Below are positions 26,964-41,694 of a stretch of 64,000 bases of DNA, in pieces. This stretch comes from the human T2T-CHM13v2.0 reference genome, Homo sapiens: assembly GCF_009914755.1 (NCBI RefSeq), contig NC_060939.1; one strand, written 5' to 3'. A program made the position numbers and the translations under genes. Under the pieces are notes generated by a model. The model did no database searches and was not told the origin of the DNA. It saw only the letters and a list, made by a program, of their open reading frames with translations. Within the stretch, counting starts at the first letter, position 1; each line of letters opens with the position of its first letter.

Positions 26964-28479
26964 CCTCTGGGCATGTGTCCTCACTCCTCCCGACATTCTG
27001 TGTGGCCTGGACCCATCTGACCTCAGACTTTCTGCCTCCTTCATGATGCCCATCTCATGGGGTTGTTTTGAGCATTAAATTGAATGTGATGCTCTTGTAG
27101 AAAGTGTCTAGTCTACAGGAAGCCTCCTGTAGACTAATATGCCTAGCCCCCTTCCCTTGTAACAACCCTGGACAGGAAGTAGAACTGGCTTTATTTCAGC
27201 TTTCCTAAGATGAATGACAGTGCTTTGTTCCTCCTAACCCTTTTGTGCATGTATAGTACAGGTATGTTTCCATCAATCAACAGGTATTTATCCAGGGCAC
27301 ACATCTTGCAGAACAGGCATTGCAGAGGCAGGGAGGGAGACACAGAAGATTCATATTTCCCAGCACAATAGACTAGAAGCCCTTTTTTGGGAGGTGAGAC
27401 TTCAGCACATGAATCACATGGTTGCCAAATGGACAGAACTTCTAAGAAATCAGCTAATATACAGCAGAAGACTAAGTTATGCAGTTTTTTTGTATGCTGT
27501 GAATTCAGGGAACAGGGAAAGCAATGGTAGACTATGCCAGCCAATGGAGTCTCGAATGAACTATGTGGTCTCTTCAACCCGTACATTTTAAATGCAGATG
27601 GAGATGTCAGGTTTCACTGAATATATGTGCATATGTGTGTAATTCAAATCATAGTTGCAGAATCTGAGGGATCTTCCACTTATTTAGAGCCTGCCCTATT
27701 CTTCCCATCCTTCCTGCGTGTCACCTGACATTTAGAAATCAGAACTGTAGAGGTCCAAGGAGACGAAATACCATCTTAGGTACAGAAAGGAATTCAGAAT
27801 TAGAAGCACATAAACACAGAGGATAAGTGTAATGACATTTAAATATTTAATTTTAATATTTTAGCCAATCTGTATGCTGTAGATTTCTAGCTAAATGATG
27901 TTTATCACATTCTAATCATGTAATTGGAGGGTTGGCAGGAAGTATGGTGGGGGTGGGGTGTTATTTAATTTAATGGCCATGAGGCTCAGCTTCAAACCAA
28001 ATAATGAGCAGAATGCACCTTCCAAAGAGTGGGTGGAAGCAGGCAAGAGGTCCAAGAGGTCTCAGATGAGCCCCATGTGACTCTGGGGTTCTTTAATGGC
28101 GCTCTCTGCATTCTTGCCCTGTCCTCTCTCAGCCAGATGGTTTCAGTAGTTGATGCTGTTTTCCATCTACAGCAAGCTATTCTCATCTTTCCTTGAGTAA
28201 ACACTTTTACTCTTTCTTTTTACTGCTACCATTTAACATTCACACAGTGTCAGAAATGTGCCAGGCAGAGGCTGTGCAAACCTACTCAGATCATCTTGCC
28301 TAGCGAACTTAAAATTAATTTTAAAAGGGAAAAGAGGTTGACTGTTGCAGACAAAAGTGGAGGATGACTTAAGGGATCAGCTATGACTGTTTTATTATGC
28401 CGTCTAGAAAATGATTTTGAGGGGATCCACACGGTTGGGCCAATTGATGTAGGAACGAGGCTGTATGTCTGCTTAGCTT

Positions 28480-28980
28480 ATTCATCTACCTGCTGAACAC
28501 TTAAGAGCATTGTGACAGGCCCTACACCGGGCACTGGGAAATGGCAGAGTCACCTCCTGCTTCAGAGGAGCACACAGAAAAATCCAGCATTGCCCACGTC
28601 CTACAAAGCACAGAGAAATGGGCCATTGACTGTAACATGGAGGTGGAGGTCTGAGAAGGTGCAACTTTAATGTGCCTCAAAGAGTGGGTAGGTGTTCACC
28701 AGATAGCTGAGGGAGGAGGGCAGCCTTTCCATGCAAAGAAGATAGTGTGTGCTAAGATGTGAAAATATAGGAGAGTGAAAGCACAAGGCACACTGAGAAA
28801 TCAGCAAGCACAGGACAGGCCTAGGAGAAGTAAAAAGTTGATGTCGTGTTTTGGGAACAGTTTCCACCCCTAGGGTGTCAGGTGATCTTTTAGGCCATAG
28901 GAAGTCATCAGCAGGTTTTAAGGTGTGTATTTTAGAAGGATGACTCAAGTGGCCATGGAATCATTAGAAGATAAGAGAGA
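28480..28980 (-). mobile_element. L2 fragment
   Basis: TTCATCTACCTGCTGAACACTT...GGCACTGGGAAAT...GTGTATTTTAGAAGGATGACTC. Confidence 0.55.
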
Positions 28981-29119
28981 GATTCTAGAATCAAGATGAC
29001 AAGGATGGGCTCTTCTGGGTTAATTGTGACTTTTTTGGTGACCTACCTTTGTGCAGTTGTCACAGACATGGCTGTTTGATCTGCCAAGAGTCATTTGGCC
29101 CAGTTGTTTGAGCTGTGAT

Positions 29120-29143
29120 GTTAGTAGTTGGCCAACTACTAAC
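29120..29143. repeat. Perfect 24-bp palindrome
   Basis: GTTAGTAGTTGGCCAACTACTAAC equals its own reverse complement. Confidence 0.97.
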
Positions 29144-31028
29144 TGTGTTTGCTTTCCATGCTTGCCAGTTGACCTTACTCCTTGACCAGAACCAGCCTCC
29201 TAGCCATGGTTAAGCTTCAAGGGTGGGTGGGTGGGAGGAAGTGTTTGGACCTGTTTTACCCATAAAACTAAGGTAGAGTACAGATTTCATGGACGGCATT
29301 GCCCATGGGATTATAGACACTCTGTCTCTTTAATTGCAGGCCATGAAAACAAACAGGGGCCAAACATCCAATGAGAATTAAACATCACACAGTGCAGGTG
29401 CTCTTGCTCTGCCTGTATAACCAGCGATAGCAGGCCCCAGATGTCAGGACTGCCAGCCTCTCACTGGCCCAGGCAGGCTGTGAACGTCAGTTCCACTGTG
29501 TGAGAAGCATCCTTGAGTCATCCAGTCCAGCCCAACCCCAGAGCCTAAACATGCTTTGATACCTTTTTGTTCAGGACTGCCCAAGTTTGAATGGCAGCTT
29601 TTCAATAGGCTCCATGCATAGACAAGTTTTATTTCATTTGTATTCCTTTCTTAGCTGAAGTTCCCACCAGGTTCCTGGTTCACATTTTTCAACCCACTGC
29701 ATCTCATCCATTTTCTTTATTTCCACATAATGACAACCACTTTCATAGATTGCATGTCAACAGTCTTGGGTGTTTTACATGAGTTAATTCATTCAGTTCT
29801 TACTCAGAACCCCAAGAGGTCGAAATTATAACCCTCCTTGTAGAGATCGGTCCAGGGGAACTCAGGGAAGCTGAAGCACCTGTTCGTGCCTCCCTTCTCC
29901 TGTTTCTCCCTGGTCGGTTTTTCCATCCCCCCTGGGAGCCTGCTTCCTTTCTGCTTTCCAACATATTCTGCATGCTTCTGTTGCTTCTGCTTCCCCTGTC
30001 TGAAAAGGAACTTTTCTCTAGACCCAGCTACTCCTTCCAGCTTCAGCCTGGTTCTCTCCTACTCTTGCCGTAACTGTATCTGGCAGCTTCATAGACCATT
30101 ATACGAATTCTTAGGATCTAGAGTCAGCCCCACCAGTGACCTCTGCCTCATCTCCACCATGACCTTCCCGGGGACACTCTCCTGTCTTGGCTTCTGGGAA
30201 GGAGGGCAAGTCTGGCTTCCCTCCTATCTCAGTGCCCACAACTTTATCCCTGCCTGCGTCTGCTCTTCCTCTCCAGTCCTGGAATGATGTGTACCCCCCG
30301 AAACCAATTTCACGAACCCCTGTTCCTCTCTCTGGGAACTTATCTCTTATCCTGTTCAGACAGGCCCCAACTGCAGGCATATTCTGTCTGCTAGATCACT
30401 AGATAAAATCTCTTCCCATTGTGGGTTTCAGTGACAGCCCTGCCACATCCTCATTCTCTCAGGCAAGCAAACAAGAGGCACCTTTGGCTCCCTTCTCCCA
30501 GCCTTTCCCTTCATACCCAAGTGGACAGGAAGTCTTCCTAGATCTTCAACCCTGGAGGCATCCCCACTCTGGAGCTCCTTCCTCCAGATCCCATCACGGT
30601 CAGGGCCCCTCACCTTCCTCCTCCTAGGTCCATGTGTCTTCAGGTCATCCTGTGCTCAGAGACTGAGGCAGCCCACGGAATTGCTCTTCTTAAGTCGTCA
30701 CCTGCCTAGGAGGCTGCAGTGGCTCCTCTGCCAACTGTTGCATCAAGTCCAGCCTGTCTGATGCTCCAGCTTCTACCCAAAGTGCCACCCGATCTGTCCA
30801 TCGATTCCTCTTTCCCTTGACTCCTGACGTAGTCTCTGGCTTCCAACAAGCAGATCTTCTAAGGTTGTCCCCATCCCCTCGCAACACCTGCTCTGTGGTT
30901 CCATCTGCTTCTCCTTGGCCTGAACACCCTCTGAGCATCCTTCCATCTCTCATCTCCAGCCATCCTCTGAGCCTTGGCTCAAATCTTGATCCATCTAACT
31001 TCTGAAATTAATAATTAAAACATGTTGT

Positions 31029-31329
<301 letters not shown>

Positions 31330-32229
31330 TCATTGTAAAACATTTTAAGGAACAGAAAAGCATACACAAGAGATAAAAATCACTTATAATTCTGCCACCC
31401 AGAAATTACCATTATAATGTGTATGGATCCTTCAAAGAAATAAATGTGCATGCATATAAAGGTAATATTATTTTTACATGACTGATATTATGCTATTTAT
31501 CTTCTGTAACCACTATAATATGAAATTTTTCCTGTCCCACTAATTTGTCTTAAAATAGCATTTTTAATACCTGTATAATAGCCTTTCATACAGATGTGCA
31601 ATTGATTTATTTAGTCAGTCTTCTACTCTAGGTCATTTTGTGGCTTCCACCTTTTCAGCATTATAAATAACAAATGTCCCTATTTCCTATCTCTAGTCAT
31701 TTGTTTTGGACATTATATGATTTAGAATTTTTTGTAATGCAGAGGCAAGGTGCATTTATTGAGCTACTGCGGAGTGCCAGCATCTATACTCAGTATTTCC
31801 CTTTCTCACATAAGCCTTCAGAGCCTCCTTGCAAAGTAGATAGTATCAATATCTCCAGTCACTTGGCTTCAGTCACCCAGTTGCTAGGATATGAGGTTCA
31901 AATTTGGCTCAGCCTTTGATCCCAAATCTAACTGGCATCGCTCTGTCCTCTCGTGATGGTGTTGACAGTACACCGGTGCGCATCTGTGGGCAAGCTCTAA
32001 GTGTTAATGAAGGGAAGGGATGGTTTCATTTATTTTATTACCATTTTCCAACTGGGTTATAAGATCCTCCTAGGTGTCTGATGTATACATTAGGGTTAAT
32101 CTTAGACCTAATCGGAGCTGGAAGGGATTTTCTCATTTTATAAGAAACTAAGAGGTTTAAGAAGTATCTACAGTGTCAGATTGTAAGCTATATTGGACAG
32201 CCTACAGTGGACACATAAAAACATCTTCA

Positions 32230-32710
<481 letters not shown>

Positions 32711-32859
32711 TCACCTGTGAATTCCTTGATTTACTTCAGGTAGAGCAGAGCTATGAGAAGGCTATAGTCCCAGCTTAGGATTTCATTCCGCAGAGAGTTA
32801 AAATCTCAATTTTTCGTTGTCTGTCACCTAGGTCTGTCTTCTTTAGGCAGGTGTTTCTC

Positions 32860-32976
32860 AGACTGTTTTCAATAGGGCTGGCAAGGGCCCTGTGAATTTC
32901 TAATTTCTGATTTCTAATGAGCTCCTGGGGGATAATGATGCTGCTGGTTGCAGCCCACACATTAAAAACCATTGCC
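32860..32976 (-). mobile_element. MER5A fragment
   Basis: TTTCTAATGAGCTCCTGGGGGATAATGATGCTGCTGGT...CACACATTAAAAACCATTG. Confidence 0.65.
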
Positions 32977-32995
32977 TTTGGCCATTAAATATATG

Positions 32996-33874
32996 TATAT
33001 ATAAATATATATATATAAATATATATATAATATATAAATATATATATATATAAATATATATATAATATATAAATATATATATATATAAATATATATATAA
33101 TATATATATATAAATATATATATAATATATATATATATAAATATATATATAATATATATATAAATATATATATAATATATATATATATAAATATATATAT
33201 AATATATATATATATAAATATATATATAATATATATATAAATATATATATAATATATATATATATAAATATATATATAATATATATATATATAAATATAT
33301 ATATAATATATATATATAAATATATATATAATATATATATATAAATATATATATAATATATATATATATATAAATATATATATAATATATAAATATATAT
33401 ATAAATATATATATAATATATAAATATATATATAAATATATATATAATATATAAATATATATAAATATATAATATATAAATATATATAAATATATAATAT
33501 ATAAATATATATATAATATATAAATATATATAAATATATAATATATAAATATATATATAATATATAAATATATATATAAATATATATATAATATATAAAT
33601 ATATATATAAATATATATATAATATATAAATATATATATAAATATATATATAATATATAAATATATATATAAATATATATAATATATAAATATATATATA
33701 AATATATATAATATATAAATATATATATAAATATATATAATATATAAATATATATATAAATATATATAATATATAAATATATATAATATATAAATATATA
33801 TATAAATATATATAATATATAAATATATATATAAATATATATATAATATATATATAATATATAAATATATATAT
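32996..33874. repeat. 879-bp A/T-only interrupted (TA)n tract
   Basis: No G or C seen between 32996 and 33874. Confidence 0.98.
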
Positions 33875-34665
33875 CTGTAGGTTATACAGTTAACTTGGTG
33901 TTTTTGGCCCCACTGTTTAAAATGGCAAAACCTGTGTCATTCAAAACCTATGTGATTCGAATCGTTCATCCTTTACATCTTTTGAAGTCCAGAATGTGTT
34001 CATCGGTTTGTAATCAGCCTAGTTATGGGCTTGAGCCTCTTCCTGCTCAGCCTCAGGTCCTCCCACCACCAGCTGCAGTTTCAGTCCCATCCAGGCCTGA
34101 GTCCATCTTTCTCAAGCCAGGCAATGTACCGGGCACTTCATCTGAGCAACGGATGCCCAGAACCTTGGATCTCGAGAGCTGAGGTTGGGTGCCCAGGACA
34201 GTGATGTTCTCACTGAACTACAGGGTCTGCTGTTGCCTCTCTCTGCCCCTAATAGACCACAGCCATTTGCCTGGAGTCCTGGACTGCCACCTTGTTAGCT
34301 TTTGACAGTCACTTCTCCATAGGAACTGCTTCTCTGCTCTGTCCCTGAGTGGCATCTAGAATCTGTTTAAACTGCCTCAGACCTCCCCAGAACCCCAGTA
34401 TCTCATTGTAGCACCCACATTTTACTATTGCCTGGACTTATTCTGCCATCCCTACCCCAAACATCAGTCCAGGGACCTGGCACCCACTTCTGATAGAGGT
34501 GAGTTTGCTGTACCCCCATCGGACTCTGAAATTGTGCTGCCGTCCCTCTCTCTCCTCTCCTGGGGAAGTCCCAGAAGCTCCCCAGTCCTGCTGCTATGAA
34601 ATGTGGTCGTGTTGTCACTGGGAAGGAGTCCCCAACCTAGTTGACTGCAATAATCCAGACTTCCT

Positions 34666-35325
<660 letters not shown>

Positions 35326-35696
35326 AGATGAGTGGTTACAAGGAAAAGACACCCATTGATAGGGTTTATTTTAAGGGTACAGTTGGATAGTTTACAGGCA
35401 GGTCGTGCCTGCATCTTTCTGCACAGTGGCTTCTCCTCCTGGCCTCTGCTACCCTCCCTGCTTTAGCTTCGGTGCCAGCCCCAGCCCCCAACCTTATTAA
35501 AGTCTCTTAGTCTCTGTGTCTGAAATCCAGATTCCCAGGAAAAAAACTATGTGATTGGCTCAGCTCGGGTGAGTGATTTGCTCAAGGTTCAATAAGCGGT
35601 GTGTGTTCAGGGTGGGTTTGGTGACGGAAGGAAGTGACTGGTTTCTCCAGTACCCCCAAGCTCTTGCAACTGACCCTAAGCTACCATTGCCCTGCT

Positions 35697-35710
35697 GTCA
35701 CCATGGCAAC
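35697..35710. promoter_or_regulatory. Candidate RFX X-box
   Basis: GTCACCATGGCAAC fits the RFX motif GTYNCC-AT-GGNAAC; motif only, no functional data. Confidence 0.4.
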
Positions 35711-36789
35711 GGAGGCCAATTCTGCCCAACACCTTGGGACAAAGATTTTACCAACCAGTGCCTAGGCCACAGCATCCTACAAAGTGAAACCACTGGAGAT
35801 GTGGGCAGACACATCTGTTTCTTCCATTTAGCAAACAAGTGGAGCTAGATCAGCCCCCCAGAAATCGATCTTTACCAAGACTTAATGAAGAGTTAGCTAG
35901 TTAATAGCCCATGACAAATCCAAACGCTGTTAGAGGTCTGACAACCTAGATATTAACAGCAGCAGTGGCCAGTTTCCAAGAGATTACTGACATTTAGGGC
36001 CATTCAGGAAGACATCTGGGAGGAAATAGTCATGGAATTGTTTAAGGCCCAGCTAGGGAGGCGGGGAGGAAAAGAAGACTCGACAGCTTTGTAATGTACA
36101 GTGACACTGGCACCTCTTAGCAAGAGCACAAGTTGCTCGTGAGCTTTTTAATCACAGAAGAGTTCAGAACCTGAAGGAGCAGCAAATGTCAGCGGAATTT
36201 CTTCCAGCTTAAAATGAATCCAGCAGGCCCCTAGATGCCCAGAACCCTAGTGCTGTCTGAGATGTTTCCAGGGGTCATTGCCTCATGACCGGGTGACCAA
36301 TAGTCAATGCTCCTGATCACTAAGCTGCACACTTAGGTGACTGTCACAAACAAATAAGCATGGCCTTTAGCTTCTGGTCTTGTGGACTTTTTCTGGTGAT
36401 GCTGCCTCTGCTCTCTGCTTCGAAGGTGTTAGCACCTGTGGCCTTTTCAGTGCCTTCAGCAGGTGTGGATAGTGCACCTCTGTGGGCTGGGCACTCTGCC
36501 CTTGAGGAGTCGCCAGCCACAGAGGGATGGCTTGTTTGAGACCAGGCAGATGACAAGGCAATTTATTGCAAGCTTTAAGAAGAGTGGAAACAAACACACC
36601 TAGGGAACACATTTTCAGACTTGTCTGAGCAGATGCGATGTTGTCACAGAGTCCCTGCACACGGAGGCACGGTGCCACCATCCAGAGATTCAGGAAATGC
36701 CTCCTGCTCTCTGGGAATGCACACTGGTATGGTCGGAAGTGGATACAAGCCCTTGCCCTCATTACCCACATCTTACGTGTCAGTAAATG

Positions 36790-37345
36790 CTCTCAGCTCT
36801 GTCTCCAAATTACACCCCAACCCATTACATCTCTATCTTCTGTCCACTGTGCTAGTCCTGGCCACTATCACTACCACCAACCATATCATGTGTCCACTCT
36901 GTAAGCCATTACTCACTCAGCAACCAGAATCATCTTTTAGGTCACGTCCCTGCTTAAAATGTTTTGGTGGCTTCCTGTTCCACATAGGATAGAACCCTGA
37001 CTGCTTATCACAACTGGGAGAGCCTGCCTTCCTCTTCAGCCTGTGTCTTGCTATGCTGTTACGGCTCGGGATGATGTAGCCTCCTGGCCCCTCTTGCTAT
37101 TCCTCACATCCATCAAACTCACTCCCACTTAAGACTTTCACGCATGCTTTTCCCTCCACAGGTGACACTCAGCCTTCAGACATAGTCTTCTTGTCTCTCA
37201 GGCCCCAGCCCAAATCCACCTTCTTAGAGCAGACTTCTCTGACCCATCCAAAGTTGCCTTCTGCCCCACGTCACTCTGTCACATACACCTGTTGTGTTTT
37301 CTCCATAGTATTATTACCTACAATTTTCTTGTGTTTTTCTCTTAC
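36790..37345 (+). mobile_element. L2 fragment
   Basis: CAGCAACCAGAATCATCTTTT, CCCTGCTTAAAATGTTTTGGTGGCTTCC, CACCTTCTTAGAGCAGACTTCTCTGACC. Confidence 0.7.
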
Positions 37346-37389
37346 TATGATAGAGGTGCAAATAATCAGGGGAATTAAGTAAGGCATAT

Positions 37390-37700
37390 AGTATGCTCAG
37401 GGTCCACAGTGAGGTGAAGGCTTCAGGGCAGTGGTAACATTTGAGCTGGAACTTGAAACAGGTGTGATTTGCCAGGTCAAGAGGTGGATGGAGAGATTTC
37501 ATCAGAGGCAACAGCATGTGTGAGGGCCCAGAGGCTAGGGAATGTGTCACCCTTAGGGAACAGCTTTGGGACAGCATCCCTGTAGCCTGGACTGCATAGG
37601 AAGGCAGAGCAAGAGTGGCTGGGGGCATTTAGACTTCATCTTGTGGGCAGTTGGAATCATCAGTGCACAGGGAGGGATTCACTAGACCTCATGGATTTGC
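37390..37700 (-). mobile_element. L2 fragment
   Basis: GGTAACATTTGAGCTGGAACTTGAA...CAGAGGCAACAGCATGTGTGAGGGCCCAGAGG. Confidence 0.7.
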
Positions 37701-38649
37701 TCAATGGAACCAAATAGGGTTTGAAAGTGTAATTGAGGGGTTTTTTGATTTGGAATATTTTTATTCCAATTTTATTAGGAGCCAAGCCTGGAGAGGGAGG
37801 GAGAGTGTGCTAAGACCAGGAGCTTCAGTTTGGAGTACGAATCAAGGAGGGGCTTTGGAGCATGAGAGCTTGTCTTCTGATCCCATCGTGAAATGAACAG
37901 CTACGTGACCGTCTTGTGTGTGCTAGGTTCGTGCTTGTATCTGAGAGATGAGAAATGGCAGAAGGAACAGCCGTGAAATCAGCAGATTAACTCTTCAAAG
38001 AAGACACTTACATTTTCCATTGATGGCCTCCTCCCTCTCCTTTTAGTTCAAGCTGGACAGAAACAAAAGTGCTGCGTGATGAGGGTTAGATGCTCTTTGT
38101 AATTCTACAGCAATGAGTCTTCTTTTTAAAACACCCAGATGTCAGTACTATTTTGGGCAGATGTACTGGGGAGCAGTTGGTGATGACCTCACGAGGCTGT
38201 GACTTTAAAGACCAAATGACACAGCTTTTGAGTAAAGCAGGCTCCGGTCTCCTAATCCCCGGGCTCCAGGGTTCTCGAATTCAGAGCAAAAGTGGTACTC
38301 CACACTGCCCGTGTCCCTGCTCATCGCCATATCCCCAACCCCTCCTTGCCCCAAGCTGCTGAGTGTGCACAGAACTTGTGTGGTTGGTCTGGGGCTCTAA
38401 GACAAGTTTCCTTGGACAGACAGCCTGTACTCAGCTGGGTGTCCATGCTCCTGTCATCCACCTTGAGATGGGGTCAGCATTGTATCAAGTTCTCTCTCTC
38501 CACTTTGAGCCTCTGTTCCCTTATCTCAGGAAAGAGGGTGAGCAATACCTACCTGGAGACACTGGAAGACAGATTGGCCTTTTGCATTCTGTAAGGGATC
38601 ATATGAATGTTCATTATTATGACTTCTGGCTTCCAGAGCATAAATCCTA

Positions 38650-38898
38650 GACTCACCTGGGTAAGAACTAGATAGGACCTCAGGGTTCATCCAGTCCAAA
38701 TGCCAGGCTAGTGAAAGAGTTCTTTCTCAGCAGTTTCCAGCAAGCAGTGACCAGCCTCAGATTGGATACCTTCAGTCACAGGGAGATCGCTCTTCCCAAG
38801 GTTCTTTATTCCAGCCACATATACACAGGATTCAGTGTTAAAATGCATTCCCTTATATGCAGCCTGGCTCCATGTAATTTCCAAGTTCTTGTCTTTCC
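38650..38898 (-). mobile_element. L3/CR1 3' fragment (continues at ~39224-39310, ~40570-40675, ~41695-42200)
   Basis: CAGCCTCAGATTGGATACCTTCAGTCACAGGGAG; later CR1 RT-like GAAGTGAGGTTAGTCAGATTCGATTTGTC near 42080. Confidence 0.55.
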
Positions 38899-38906
38899 CT
38901 CTAGAG

Positions 38907-39215
38907 CTGTGCTGTCCCAGATAGTAGCCACTCTGCATGTGGCTGCTGAGCACTTGAAATGTGGCCAGTCCACACTGAGATGTACTACAAATGTAAAATT
39001 TATACATAGGCATAAGTACATTTTATATTTATATAAATACATTTTAATTTTTTTTTCCTTTTACAGGTTGAAAGGATAATATTTTGGCTACGTTAAGTTA
39101 AATAAAATGTTGTTAGAATCAATTTTACCTGTTTCCTTTTACTTTTATATTGTGGCTACTAGAAAAATTTAAATTATATAGGTGACCCACATTATACTTT
39201 TGCTGGACAGTGCGG
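38907..39215 (-). mobile_element. MER33-like hAT-Charlie element with 8-bp TSD
   Basis: Terminal inverted repeats CTGTGCTGTCC / GGACAGTGCGG; TSD CTCTAGAG (38899-38906) / CTCTAGAA (39216-39223). Confidence 0.85.
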
Positions 39216-39505
39216 CTCTAGAACTTTCCAAAATAAACTAGATCCAGCCCTTTTATCTAACAGCCCTTCAGATGTTTTAAGGCATGTATCTTATGCCCCT
39301 AAGTTTTTCTGGACATTTATTCACAAGTCTTCATTGAGTGCCTGCTATGTGCCAGGCACCGTGTAGATGCTGAGGTGGGATGGGATGATGAGCAGGACCA
39401 GCACAGTCTTCTCACTCCTGGGGTTACAGTTTGATGGGGAGATAGACATCAATCACAGCCTCACAAGCAGGACTGTGCTTCCAGATGTGGCTTCTTGGAG
39501 CCCCC

Positions 39506-40470
39506 TTTTTATAATACACTTTTTATTTGACAATAGATTTACAGAAGAGTTCTGAGGATAGCACAGAGAGTTCCCACAGACCCCACATCCAGTTTCCACC
39601 ATGATTAACATCTTACATTAATATGGAACATTTGTCACAACCGATGACCAGTATCAATACATTGCGATCATCTGAGGTCCACATTTTATTCAGATGCGTG
39701 TAGTTTTTCGCTAATATCATCTGTTCTGTCCCAGGATCCCATCCGGGACACCGCATTACATTGAGTCATCATGGCTCCTTTGGCTCCTCTTGGCTGTGAC
39801 AGCTCCTCAGACTTTTCTTCTTTCTGATGCCCTTGACAGCGTTGAGGAGTACTGGTTAGGGGTTTTGTAGAAGCTCCCTCAGTTGTGATTTTATGTTTTG
39901 TTTTGTTTTTTTTGTTTTTTTTTTTTTTTTACTTCTCATGGTTAAACTGGGGTTATGGGTTTGGAAGAGGAAGGACACAGAGGTAAATTGTCATTCTCAT
40001 CCCATCATATCAAGGGCACATACAATCAGTAGGACTTATCACTGGGGGTATTGGCTGAGGGAGTGTTTGTCAGGTTTCTCCATTGGGAAGCTGCCCTCTT
40101 TTCCTCTTTGTCTGCTGTTTGGCAGGAAGTCACGGTGTGCAGCCCACACTTACAGAGTAGGAGTTGGGCTCCACCTCCTTGAGAGTGGCACATCTACATA
40201 AATTATTTGGAATTCTTCTGCATGGGAGGCTTGTCTGTTCTCACCATCCGTTTATTCAGTTATTGATTCTGTCAGTATAGACGCATGGAAATCTATATTT
40301 TGATTTACAATCCAGTACTGCTATGTTTTGTTCCTCAAGGCATTCCAGCTTTGGCCACTGGGGGCTCCTTCAGTTGGCTGCTGTGTCCCTTTGACGTACC
40401 CCATCGATGTTCATTTTCCAGCAACTTTTTACTTTCTGGCTCTATGAGATGCTCTAGACTCATGCTGTAT
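39506..40470 (-). mobile_element. L1MC (L1MC1/2-like) 3' fragment
   Basis: AGATTTACAGAAGAGTT...CTGTCCCAGGATCCCATCC...TTGAGGAGTACTGG. Confidence 0.8.
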
Positions 40471-40675
40471 TAAAATGGGGATGCTTTTGTGCCTGTCTTG
40501 TGGAGCTGTCCTAAAAATTGAATGATTTACTGCAAGTAATGCTTATTTCCCTGCACACTTCTATGTTTGTTTGTTTGTTTTAACAGTTGTAGCACCACAG
40601 TGAATCTTTAGTCAAGCAAAAAATGATCCCAAGTCTTTTTTCACTGAAATGCTTTTTAAGTCAAAGCCCTCTATT

Positions 40676-41694
40676 ATTGTTTTTTTCAGTTCTGGGATAC
40701 ATGTGCATGATGTGCAGGTTTGTTATATAGGGAAACATGTGCCATGGTGGTTTGCTGCACCTGTCAACCCATCCCCTAGGTATTAAGCCCCATATGCATT
40801 AGCTATCCTGATGCTCTCCCTCCACCCACCCCCGCCCACAGGCCCCAGGGTGTGTTGTTCCCCTCCCTGTGTCCATGTGTTCTCATTGTTCAGCTCCCAT
40901 TATGAGTGAGAATATGTGGTATTTGGTTTTCTGTTCCTGCATTAGTTTGCTAAGCATAATGGCTTCCAGGTTTATCCATGTCCCTGCAAAGGACATGATC
41001 TTGTTCCTTTTTATGGCTGCATAGTATTCCATAGTGTATATGTACCACATTTTCTTTATCCAGTCTGTCATTGATGGGCATGTGGGTTGATTCCATGTTC
41101 TTGGTATTATGAATAGTGCTGCAATGAATATTCACATGCATGTATCTTTATAATAGAATTATTTATATTCCTTTGGGTATATACCCAGTAATGGAATTGC
41201 TGGGTCAAATGGGAATTCTGGTTCTAGGTCTTTGAGGAATCGCCACACTGTCTTCTACCATGGTTGAACTAGTTTACATTCCCACCAACAGTGTAAAAGC
41301 ATTCCTATTCCTGCACAGCCTTGCCAGCATTTATTATTTCTTGACTTTTTAATAATTGCCATTCTTACTGGTGTGAAATGGTATCTCATTGTGGTTTTGA
41401 TTTGCATTTCTCTAATCAGTGATGTTGAGCTTTTTTTCATGTTTGTTGGCTGCATAAATGTCTTCTCTTGAGAAGTTTCTGTTCATGTCTGTTGCCCACT
41501 TTTTAATGGGGTTGTTTATATTTTTCTTACAAATTTAAGATTCTTCTTATAGATTCTGGATATTAGACCTTTGTTAGATGGATAGATTGCAGAAGTTTCA
41601 TCCCGTTCAGTGTGTTGTCTGTTAATTCTGATAATGGTTTCTTTTGTTGTGCAGAACTTCTTTAGTTTAATTAGATTCGATTTGTCAGTTTTTG
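40676..41694 (-). mobile_element. 5'-truncated L1PA (L1PA8-PA10-like), ~1 kb, with TSD
   Basis: Minus-strand peptides DWIKKMWYIYTMEYYAAIK and [13 protein letters not shown]; TSD CAAAGCCCTCTATT (40662-40675) / CAAAGCCCCCTAGT (41695-41708). Confidence 0.95.
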
